This document shows positions 9,109-18,915 of a stretch of DNA of 64,000 nucleotides, in pieces. Origin of the DNA: an uncultured Gemmatimonadales bacterium (lineage in GTDB: Bacteria > Gemmatimonadota > Gemmatimonadetes > Gemmatimonadales > GWC2-71-9). The stretch is taken from positions 96,001 through 160,000 of the forward strand of contig CAWJIM010000019.1 in NCBI GenBank assembly GCA_963842945.1, in the 5' to 3' direction. Each line of letters opens with the position of its first letter. Positions within the stretch are counted from its first letter, which is position 1. Position numbers and translations under genes: made by a program. The notes beneath the pieces were generated by a model, which ran no database searches, had not been told where the DNA came from, and worked only from the letters and a program-made list of their open reading frames with translations.

Positions 9109-10814
9109 TCGGCAGTCTCCTTGACCACTTCCTCCAGGGTGGTAACTCCACGTTCGATCTTCTTCATGCCATCCATGCGCAGCGTCAGCATGCCGTCGAT
9201 GACCGCCTGCTCTCGAATTTCGACGACCGAAGCGCCCCGAAGGATCATGCGCCTGAGCTCGGGAGACAGGGCCATGACTTCATAGAGGCCGGCCCGGCCC
9301 TTGTAGCCGGTTCCGCTGCAGGTATCGCAGCCGGTGCCCTTCATGAACGTGAGCTTGCGCAAACTCTCAAGATTTGTGCCCAGGGCAGACAGCTCCGGAT
9401 CGGTGTATTGGTGCTCCGTCTTGCAGTCTTTGCAGATCCGACGCACCAAACGCTGCGCTACGACGAGGTTTACTGCGCTGGCGACGTTGAACGCCTCGAT
9501 ACCCATGTCGATCATACGGGTGATGGTGCTGGGCGCGTCGTTGGTGTGCAGCGTCGAGAGCACGAGGTGCCCGGTGAGCGCGGCCTTGATGGCAATGCCG
9601 CCGGTCTCCAGGTCTCGGATCTCACCGATCATGATGATGTTGGGATCTTGCCGGAGGAACGCTTTCAGCGCCGCGGCAAACGTGAGCCCAATCTCGGTGC
9701 GCACCAGCACCTGGTTGATGCCCATCAGGTTGTACTCGACCGGGTCTTCCGCCGTCATGATGTTGACTTCCGGCGTGTTGATCCGCGACAGCGCCGAGTA
9801 GAGCGTGGTGGTCTTGCCCGATCCGGTCGGGCCGGTGACCAGCACCATGCCGTACGGATTCAGGATGGCCTTCATCAGGTCCTTCTCGGCCTTGACCTCG
9901 AATCCGAACTTGGTGAGGTCGAGCGTCAGGTTGCCCTTGTCCAGGATTCGGAGCACGATCTTCTCGCCGAACAGGACCGGCAGGGTTGAGACTCGGAAGT
10001 CGATGACCCGGCTGCCCATCTTCAGCTTCAGACGGCCGTCCTGCGGCACCCGCCGCTCCGCGATGTTGAGCTGAGACAAAATCTTTACCCGCGAAGTGAG
10101 GGCCGCCTTCATTTTCAGCGGCGGCCGCATGATCTCGAGCAGCGCGCCGTCAATTCGGTAGCGGACCCGGATTTCGTGCTCGAAGGGCTCGATGTGGATG
10201 TCGCTGGCGCCCCGCCGTACCGCGTCGGTCAGCAGTCCGTTGATCAGCTTGACCACCGGCGCATCGTCGATTTGCGCCTGAGTGGCGGCCTCGTCCTCCT
10301 CCTGCTCCACCACCTCCACATCCTCGCCGGTCTCCTCCATGTCCTTGAGGATGCTCTGCAGCTGCTGGTCTGAGGCTTCGTAATACTTCTCGATCAGATT
10401 GCGCAGAGTGTATTCACCGGCGATGACCGGAAACAGATCGAAGCGAGTGATGAACTTCAGGTCTTCCAGCAGACCGAGATCGGTGGGATCGGCCATGGCG
10501 ACGGTGAGGGTGCGGCCTTCCCGTTTCAGCGGGAGGACCACGCTCTTGGTGGCCATGTCGGCGGGTACCAGCTTGATGATCTTGGGATCGACCTCGAACC
10601 GGGAGAGGTCGACGGCAGGCATGCGGTACTGGCGGGCCAGCAGTTTGGTGATCTCCAGCTCTTGGACGAGCCCGAGCTTCACCAGCACATAGCCGAGCCG
10701 GTGCTTGGTGTTTTTCTGCTCCGCGAGCGCCTGCGCGAGCTGCTCCCGCGTGACCAGGCCTTCGCGGAGAAGGATTTCGCCGAGCCGATCACCACCGGCC
10801 GCTGCCGTTGCCAT
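9105..10814 (-). CDS. pilB: Type IV pilus extension ATPase PilB with N-terminal MshEN domain
   Basis: ASDIHIEP, ERRVPQDGR, GPTGSGKTT, LRQDPN, tetracysteine CKDC/CDTC; two RLGxxLxxxGLV motifs at the N-terminus. Confidence 0.95.
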   Translation of the reverse strand: MATAAAGGDRLGEILLREGLVTREQLAQALAEQKNTKHRLGYVLVKLGLVQELEITKLLARQYRMPAVDLSRFEVDPKIIKLVPADMATKSVVLPLKREGRTLTVAMADPTDLGLLEDLKFITRFDLFPVIAGEYTLRNLIEKYYEASDQQLQSILKDMEETGEDVEVVEQEEDEAATQAQIDDAPVVKLINGLLTDAVRRGASDIHIEPFEHEIRVRYRIDGALLEIMRPPLKMKAALTSRVKILSQLNIAERRVPQDGRLKLKMGSRVIDFRVSTLPVLFGEKIVLRILDKGNLTLDLTKFGFEVKAEKDLMKAILNPYGMVLVTGPTGSGKTTTLYSALSRINTPEVNIMTAEDPVEYNLMGINQVLVRTEIGLTFAAALKAFLRQDPNIIMIGEIRDLETGGIAIKAALTGHLVLSTLHTNDAPSTITRMIDMGIEAFNVASAVNLVVAQRLVRRICKDCKTEHQYTDPELSALGTNLESLRKLTFMKGTGCDTCSGTGYKGRAGLYEVMALSPELRRMILRGASVVEIREQAVIDGMLTLRMDGMKKIERGVTTLEEVVKETAE

Positions 10815-10889
10815 GGACTCGCCGTCTTAAGAGGGATGGGTGGACAGGGGTAATAATCGGCCGCTGGCGCCGCGAACCTTAGCCGTTCC

Positions 10890-11540
10890 TTACCGGGCAA
10901 CGAGTTGACTCTGGAGGCGCGAGACGGCCGCGGGTCCGAAGCCGGGCACCCGCTCGAGCTCGTCTACCGAGGAAAACCGGCCCTTCCGCTCCCGGTACTG
11001 CAGAATGGCTGCCGCCCGGGATGGACCGATTCCGGGAAGCGCATCTAACTCGCTGATGGTGGCAGTGTTGAGGTTCAGCGGGGAAGCCGGCTGGCCGGGG
11101 AGCGGGGACGCGGCGGCAATGGCAGATGACGGGGAACTCGGGAGACCTGCCGCCCCGCTGAAGGCCACGTGAGGGCTCAGGGTCTTGAGCAGTCCGGGGC
11201 CGATCCCCGACACTCGATCGAGGCCGGCCAGAGAGCCGAAGGGCCCGTGCGCCTGGCGGTCGTCGACGATGACCTTGGCCAGCCGGATGCCCACCTTGGG
11301 CAGGCGGGCAAGCTCCGTGGCCGACGCCAAATCCACGTTGATTCGCTCGGCCGGGCCCAGCGGCCTGCCCTGCCGCATGGCGCTATCACGCTGGGCACCG
11401 GGGGAGCCCGGCGGCAACGCGCCCAGGAGTTGAACCTGGCCGGGAGGCTCGCCCGGGCGAGTGAGAAAATGCCGAACGCCCTGGCCGAGCACCGCCAGGG
11501 CCAGGAGCAGCAGCATGGCGCGAGCTTCGGATGGGGGCAT
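10890..11540 (-). CDS. comEA: ComEA-family DNA-binding protein with two helix-hairpin-helix modules
   Basis: INVDLASATELARLPKVG...LDRVSGIG and LNLNTATISELDALPGIG...F.SVDELERVPGFG; N-terminal hydrophobic segment. Confidence 0.85.
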   Translation of the reverse strand: MPPSEARAMLLLLALAVLGQGVRHFLTRPGEPPGQVQLLGALPPGSPGAQRDSAMRQGRPLGPAERINVDLASATELARLPKVGIRLAKVIVDDRQAHGPFGSLAGLDRVSGIGPGLLKTLSPHVAFSGAAGLPSSPSSAIAAASPLPGQPASPLNLNTATISELDALPGIGPSRAAAILQYRERKGRFSSVDELERVPGFGPAAVSRLQSQLVAR

Positions 11541-11610
11541 GGTGGCACGGTAAAGCGGTAAGGTGGTTTTCTACTAATCAGCTTCGCGCAGCGTGGTGCC
11601 TTAAAAAACT

Positions 11611-11753
11611 GGGAAGGACGGGAAAGGCGGGAAAGACGGGAGGGTATGAGGAATAGGGAGAAAAGCTTTTAGGCGTTTGTTCCCCTTATCGCTTTCACGC
11701 CTTCCTGCGTAACCTTCACGTCCTACCCGTCTTTCCCTTCCTTCCCGTCCTCC
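11611..11753. repeat. Gene-less inverted tandem-repeat cassette, 9-mer GGGAAAGAC
   Basis: Left arm GGGAAGGAC GGGAAAGGC GGGAAAGAC (11611-11637); right arm GTCCTACCC GTCTTTCCC TTCCTTCCC GTCCTCC (11720-11753), abutting the M28 gene stop. Confidence 0.75.
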
Positions 11754-12676
11754 TAGTCCCTCCCCTCCCGCCGTATCAACTCCAGCGCCACGTCGCCCAC
11801 CACCTGCAGACTGTTGGCGCTGACCTTGTCGATGGTGTCGTACTGGGTGTGCCAGGCGGGATAGTCGAAGTCCACCACGTCGATGGCTCGGATGCCGGCC
11901 TTCTGCAGCTCCAGATGGTCGTCAATCAGCGTGTGCCGGGGTGAGGCGATGAAGTACCCGGCGTAGCCCAATTCCTTGGCCGTGTCCCAGACCAGCTCCA
12001 CCACCTCTGGAGCGCCGACCAAGGAGTTCCCCTCCTGATAGATCTGCAGGTCCTTGTCGGCGATCAAATCGAACAGCACGGCGTAAAGTGGTTTAGGACC
12101 CGCGGCCTGATGGGCGCCGTAATAGCGGGAGCCGATCAGAACATCGTTCGGGGACTTGGTGAAGTCGCCATAGTCCTCCCCGTCTACGAAGAGTAGATCT
12201 ACCCCAATGGTCGAAGGAGCTCGCTTCAACACATCGGCCACACCGAGGAGCAGCGCCACACCTGATCCACCATCGTTTGCTCCCATCACCGCATGGCTGG
12301 AGTCGCGAGAGGTGGGGCTATCCGACACCGGACGACTGTCCCAGTGCGCCAGGAACAGCAGCCGCTTCTCTGCGGCGGGATTGAACCGGGCCAGGAAATT
12401 TCGAAGCCGCAGCGTGTCCCCCTTCCCGGTGACGTGGTTCCAGCTCTGCACCAGCAGCGTGTCAGCCCGGGCATGCAGCAAGCTGTCCAGCCAGTTCCCC
12501 ATCTTCTCGTGGGCGGGCGTACCCGGCACTCGGGGACCAAAGGCCACCTGGCTCTGGATGTACCCGAATGCTGTCGAGCCGACGAATTCCTGAGGAGGGC
12601 GAGGTTTCTCGCGGCAGGATAGGACGGAGAGAAGGAGGGAGCAGGCGCAGACAACGGAGATGATGGAACGGCGCAT
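11753..12676 (-). CDS. M28-fold lipoprotein, glutaminyl cyclase (QC)-like
   Basis: Lipobox VLS-C; QVAFGPRVPGT, AHWDSRP, GANDGGSGVA, DGEDYG, GSRY, DDH, WHT, the motif set of zinc-dependent animal/Bacteroidetes-type QCs. Confidence 0.8.
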   Translation of the reverse strand: MRRSIISVVCACSLLLSVLSCREKPRPPQEFVGSTAFGYIQSQVAFGPRVPGTPAHEKMGNWLDSLLHARADTLLVQSWNHVTGKGDTLRLRNFLARFNPAAEKRLLFLAHWDSRPVSDSPTSRDSSHAVMGANDGGSGVALLLGVADVLKRAPSTIGVDLLFVDGEDYGDFTKSPNDVLIGSRYYGAHQAAGPKPLYAVLFDLIADKDLQIYQEGNSLVGAPEVVELVWDTAKELGYAGYFIASPRHTLIDDHLELQKAGIRAIDVVDFDYPAWHTQYDTIDKVSANSLQVVGDVALELIRREGRD

Positions 12677-12753
12677 GAGGCTCTGGGCTGGGGTCTCTGG
12701 TTGCGTCGACGTCTGGAACGTAATGGATACCGCTCTCCGTCGTGCCTCCCCGG

Positions 12754-15700
12754 TTACCGGTAGTCTCCCGCGTAGAGCGACAATTGGACTGACAGCAGCA
12801 CGAAAATTTGCGAGGTGCGCCGGCTCAGATGGCGAGCGTCATTGATGGAATAGCCGAACTGCAGCCCGCCGCTCACCGTTTTCAGCAGATCGGTATCGAG
12901 TCCGCCCCGGATCTCCTGCCGTCTGACATCGGAGACCACAGTGCACTCGGGATTGAACCCCTGCTCCAGACAGGTGACCGTCTTGGACGAAATTGCCGTG
13001 AGGTTGGAGCGTACCCGCTTTCGGGTCCGGCTGAGGGCAGCGGGCAACGCAAACGCGTAGTTGAGCGAGCCGGTTATATCATCCTGATCGAGCAGGGTGG
13101 CATTGCCGTTGTTCTCGGTGCGCTGGGAGCGGGTGGCCAGCGAGGCCGTGAGCGCCAGGCCGTTTCTGAACGACAGCTGCAGGTCCGGAGTGAAGGTCGA
13201 GGATGAGGTGGCGCTCCGGGCCCCGCCGAATCCACCCGGCTGGGTCGAGGTGCCTTCCCGCTGGCGTACAGCCGCGCCCGCCGCCACCAGGGTAATCGGC
13301 CCCCTGGGAAAAGGGCGGGTCCAGCGAAGACTCCCCACCGGCCACTCCCGCTGGCGGCTGGAGGTCTCACTGAAGCCATCGGCCACCAGCTGAAATCGAT
13401 CGGTCTTGGTCAGCGAGTACGAGATGGTCGCGGTAAAGCCGAAGGGCAGATCCGCACCCGAGGAGAGTGTGCTGGAGCGGGTCTCGGTAGCCCCACGGGC
13501 GCTCTCGCCTTCGTGACTCAGGAAATCATCCAGTCCACCCAGACCAAGCATGAATCCGAGGTCGGGATCGAAGACGTTCAGGTCGTAAGTCGAACCGCGG
13601 GCCAGTCTGGTGGTGAAGTCGACCGGCCGTACCCGAGCCACTGCTTTGCCGAGGCCTCCACTGTCGCTCGAGATCTGGCGCAGGAGGCGGGCAAGGTCAA
13701 CCGACACCCCGATGTCGCGGCTTCTGGTGTTGTTCAGGGTCTGCGGCAGGATGAAGGCGCCGCTATCGCCGTTTTCCTGGATGGGGGCTCGGCTGGTAAA
13801 TGTCCGGGAGAGAAGGAAGCTGCTGCTGGTGCTGTAGCGAGGACGAAGCCAGGAGCTGATCCGGGGCGTCAATGCGAGGGCTGTTGTCACCGTCCGGTCT
13901 CGCTCCACCCCAACCGGTATTCCCAGGAAGAACTCGCGCTCGGCATAGGCAAGCCGGCCGAGGGAGGTCGAGTCGGGGTACACCCGGAGGTCGCGGGTGC
14001 TGGTGATGTCGGAGTTGAGCGACAGCATGCCGAGCGGCTGCCAGGTCAGCCCTCCGGTGTTGCGCCAGATGTGGGTCAGAGAGACGTTAGGCTGGATGAA
14101 CTCGTCCTCGGGGCGCGCCACCGGTACGGAAAACAGCGAATAATCGGCCTGGTCCTTGGTCAATCCACTACTCCAGCGGACATTTGAGGGAACCAGGTTG
14201 AACTCGGCATCGCGCAGCGCCTTCCCTCCCTCGCTTTCCCGTAACCACTTGGGCAACCGCTTGGCGATACCCGAGAACGGGAGTCTGAAGCCATGCCGGT
14301 TGAGCTGGAGGTTGTATCCCAGAACCCCGGAGTAGGCCTTGCTGTTGGCGTCGGACAGCTCGGTGCGGGCGCGGCCCTGGGTCATATTGCTGATCAGGGA
14401 TAATGGGTCCAGCAGCCCTCGGCTTACCCAGCCTCTGCCGCGCTGGCTCCGTCGGATCGCCAGGGTATAGGTGGCCGTCCAGGACACCGGGGTGCGCAAT
14501 CGCTCAGTGCGTCGCCCCGGATGTCGGTGCCGGTGAGCAGCTGCGGGTCTACGTTGGTCCGGTTGTAGGAGACGCTGAACGGAATGGAAAGACCGAGCGA
14601 GGTGGGCAGGAACCGGTCGAGCCGCCAATTCGTGCCCATCACAAATGCGCCGGTGGTCCGATAGGTGGGATCGCTGTTGATCTGGTGAAACTGCCCGTCC
14701 CGGCGGATAAACGAGGCGTTCACGCTGCCGACATCGGATGCGATGAAGCGGGTGTCCACCGCCATCGCCGTGCCGATGTCCGATACCGGTCCGCTGAGCC
14801 GGATATCGTCGACCCAGAGCTCGGCATCAGGGCCGGCGGGCGATCCGGCGAGCCGATAGATACCGGCAGAGACCTCCTGCACTGCGGCCAGATTGGGCGG
14901 GCTGATGCCCGGATCGGCCAGCTGGACCATATAGGGCCCATCACAGATCACGTACGCGTTGGGGTCTCCCCCGCACTCCTCAGCACCGGACGGCGGCGCA
15001 CCGCTGAGCCAGCGATTCTCCAGCGTGGCGCGAAGGCTCCGCCAGGTCTCGAGATCGATGACGAATTCGGGCTCCCACGTAGTACTTCGGGCGGGAGCGC
15101 GGTACAGATAAAAGTTCCGGTCGTCGCTCCCCAGCTTGATGAAGGCCTGGTAGTCGCCGGCCTCCCATTCCGCGCCCCTCCCTCGCATCCACACTCGTAG
15201 GGTCCGATAGCTCAGCACGTTCTGGGGACCGGCGGGAAATCGGAGATACGCTTCGGCGCGATCACCGACCTCCAGCCCCCGGCCGATCAGGCGCAGGGAC
15301 TTCTCGTTGATCTGCGTGCCCAGTGCGGCGCGGTCTAGACCCCGGCGGGTTGCCCCTTCGAAAACACCGGGCGGGGGCTCGTATCCCAGGTCAGTCTGGT
15401 TCTCGGTCGAGATGATCGAAGCGATCACCTCACCAGTTGGCTCTCCCAGAGAGCCGGAAAGGCCGGCGATCGGAGTCTCGGCCCGGCGGATCCAGGGGGA
15501 CCCGACCAGGCGGAGCCGAGCCATGGCGAATTTGGCCACGACGTCAGGCTGACTTGGATCCGGCGGCGCCACCACCGTCATCCGCAGATGCTGGATGAGT
15601 CTGAGGTTCGGCGTGCCGATGGTATCATCGGGAGTACGAATCGGGATCCGGTATAGCTGCCAGCCACTGGGGCTGCCGTCGCTCAGGACCCGCCCGTTGC

Positions 15701-18700
15701 GTACGTAATACTTGTCTCCCGGAACCAGGCTGACGACGTAGCGAAAGACGTTCTCGTTGGTACCGGTGGCGTTGAGGACGTTGTCGCCGTTCAGATCCTC
15801 GGTGTCCAGCGCGCCATTGCCGTTGGTGCAGCGGCCGCTCAGGTCGCCCCAGGGAAAGACCGGCACCGCGGTGCTCAGCTCGCGATGACAGAGCGGCAGG
15901 TTGCGGACCTCTCCTCCGGTCGTCGCGTCAACCAGCACGTCGGGGCGATCGCCCAGGATGCCGGTGTCCGCCACCTGGGCATCGAAGATGTCGATGTTGC
16001 TCCGCTCGGTGTCGAGCCGGCCTGAGCCGATGTATTGGCGCCCGGCGTACGTGGTGTCGCTCCCGTTGGTCGTAATGCTGTCGGGAGCAATGCCGATCGC
16101 GTCCTCATTCACCGTCCCCAGATCGAACACCACCCGCACCCCCGCCGCCTCGGCGGTCCGCGTTGCCGGGTCCTGAAAGACCCAGAACTCGAGGTATTCA
16201 TCGCGGGTAAGGTCCAGCCCGGTGGGACTGAGAGGGGTGACCATGGAGCGCCACCGGGGGCGCCCCAGCCGTTCGGGCTGGCTCCAGCGCGAGGCGTTGT
16301 TTTGCTGGACAACTCCACCGGCGGTGTCCGCGTGCAGGGTGAGATACAGCGCGGTTTCCAGCTGCTCTGCGCGTCCGGCGATCCGGATGAGAGTGTCGAT
16401 GTCCTGAGCCCGGAGCTCGAACGGCTGATCGGTGCCAGGTTGGGGAATCAGGTTTTGCCAGGTCAGCGCTACTGCGTCCTCGGGGAGAAAGCCGCCGGCA
16501 AATCCGATGTCCTCCACTCCATCGGCCTGCTGCGGCTGGCTGCCGAACTCCCAGACGTTCTCCTGCAGTGACAGCGGCACCCCAGCCTCGGCCTCGAACT
16601 CTTCTACATAGGCCTGCCCCGATCGATTCTGGTCCGGCTTGGTAAAGGCAAACTCGGCGTTCACATCGAGCAGCGAGGGAGCGGTGGCTGGCTTGGTGGT
16701 GAGTTGGCTCAGGAAACGGCTCACGCCGCTGGGCTTGAAATGAAGGGCTGTGTTGACTCCCCCGATGAGATTGGCCGAGGCTTCGAAGCCCAACGGCGGC
16801 CGGTTGAATGCGCTCTGCTCCTTCTGGTATATGCCGATGAGGTTGACCGCTCCGACTTCGCCCAGACTGTAGGTAGTGGCCAGGCCGAGAATGGTGGTGG
16901 GAGCAACGGCGAAGATCCCCTGCTCCTCGAACCTCGCCGTGATCTGTCCGGTCCCCGCCCCGAAGAGCGCGTCCGGGTTCAGGAAGGTGACCTGACCCAG
17001 CTCGTAGGAAATGGTGTAGTCCGTCCCCCGCTCCAGATGCCTCCCGCCCAGCAGGAGCTGTTCACTTCCTTCGCGGATCTGGAGGGCGCCCAGGCTCAGA
17101 GTCGACCGGTCACCGGCACCGGTGGAGTTGTACCGGAGCCGCACCTGAAATCGGGCTGGAGGCCCCTGCGCCAGAAGGAGATAAAGCGGCGTGCGATAGA
17201 GTGAGTCCGAACGCTCGGCAGCACTCAGGCGGGGATCGGCAAAGGGCGTAAGCGTAGGAAAGATGATGTACGATTCTTTGAGAACCTCCGAGGCGTCCGG
17301 GTCACGCGGCCGGGGAAACAACCGGTTATCCCGGTCGAAGACATTCTGGTCCGTCGACGAGGCCAGCCCCAGCAGAGCCAGATAGGTGCTCGCCTGGCCC
17401 TGGGGACGTTCGGAGCGATTCACCGACAGGTTGACCAGCAGCGATGAGCGGTCCAGGTCGGTGCCGGCCGCCCGGTAGATCTGCCGCATCTCGTGGCGGA
17501 AGGTGACGGCCTCTGGTCCGGTCTTGGGCTCCACGATCAACCGCAAACTGTCACTGGAGCCCTGCCCCTGGTCCTCGGCCGGAAAGCTGCCAACCGTGGT
17601 TCCCGCCGCAGTGGTATAACTCACGGCCAGGAAATCGTTCTGATCCAGCTTGGTGGCCAACGCAAACCACAGCCCTGAAGGGTCGACGTAGTAATCGGTA
17701 CCCTGAATCAGCAGCTGCCAGCGGACTGGCCCGAAGCTCTGCGCCGGGTCAATGGTCCGGGCCAGAGCTGTGATGCCGCCGAGATTCGGGTCGGCACCGC
17801 TCTCGGTCTGGGGCGGCCGGTAGCGGTAGACCCTGACCTCGACCGGCTGAACTGCCGGAGCGAGTCCGGCGGTACTCAGATTCAGAATATCGATGGCGGG
17901 ATAGCCAGGGATGGCTGTGGTTGGGTCCACCACCCAGAAGAAGCGTCCGGTCTCGAAGTCCAGATCACGGAGCTGCCGGTCCTGGGGCTGGCTGTTCGTC
18001 TGGCCAATGGTGTAGACCCGTTCGGCAACCTGGCTTCCCTTCTGGGTAGCGGCCAGGGTCTGAAACTGGAGAGGCCCGACCTCGAACCTGGCGTTGACCC
18101 CGAAGTTGTTGGCCGGAATGGCCGCGGTGATGAACCTGGATTGGGGCGGCTGAAAGGTCACGGTACCCACCTCTATCCGCCGGATGATCTCGTCCTCGAG
18201 CCCCTGGTAGTAAACTTGGATGTTGTTGTTGGCGGAGAAGTCCCGTTCAGTGTCGTAGTCGACCGCCAGGTGTACCCGCTGCCCGATCACGCCGCCCGAC
18301 TTGACGTTCACCTGATTGTCGAGGCGCGGAGGCTTGAACCCGCCCTGGCAGCCCGAATTCGGGTCGATCAGCAGCGCGGGCGAGCATCGCTCGTTCTTGA
18401 GCCGATCGGTTCGGATCTCCAGTCTCACTTGGCCGTCCATGGCCAGGTCGGCATACTTCTTGGAGAGCCCGAGCACACCCTTGCCCTGCTGCGGAGCCTC
18501 CTCTTCTTCAGAAGGCAGAGGTGGAAGCGGCTCCCCGTAGAGAGTCAGGAGCCGCTGGGCCACGGATCGCTCACGCCGGGTGGAATCGAGCACCGCAGAC
18601 ACCGTGGTGTCCCACGCGAACCCCCGAAGCAGCGGCGAGAGCCGCTCGGCGCCGAGCCAGGGAGCGCGCAGCTGCTCGGGCTCCTGCAGGATCAGCGGTG

Positions 18701-18821
18701 GAGTGGCAAAGGTGAGCCGGACCCCAAAGGGAACCGTGTCGGCCCGAGCCGTATCGGCTTGGCCCACCAGAACCCGCGGTATCGTGATGAGGCAAAACAG
18801 GGCGACGAGAAGGCGCGCCAC
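12754..18821 (-). CDS. sprA: SprA/Sov-like type IX secretion translocon (~2000 aa); frameshift near 14500
   Basis: LDNQVNVKSGGVIGQRVHLAVDYDTERDF..NNIQVYYQGLEDEIIRRIEVG, IREGSEQLLLGG..LERGTDYTISYELGQV, AYVEEFE, TEDLNGD, WQLYRIPI, INEKSL, ELWVDDIRL; amphipathic beta-strand C-half. Joined from ORFs 14424-18869 and 12754-14628; GTG 18821 chosen as start. Confidence 0.85.
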
Positions 18822-18915
18822 TCTAGCGGAACACAGCGATAAGTCGTGAGCGTTGTTGGAGATAGGCAAATATAATGGTCGAACGAAACCCCTACAACCA
18901 GAGTAGTTAGCTCAG

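Noticed and set aside
18871..18876. Perfect TATAAT upstream of lptF
   Set aside because: No -35 box at proper spacing and no extended -10 TG; insufficient to call a promoter.
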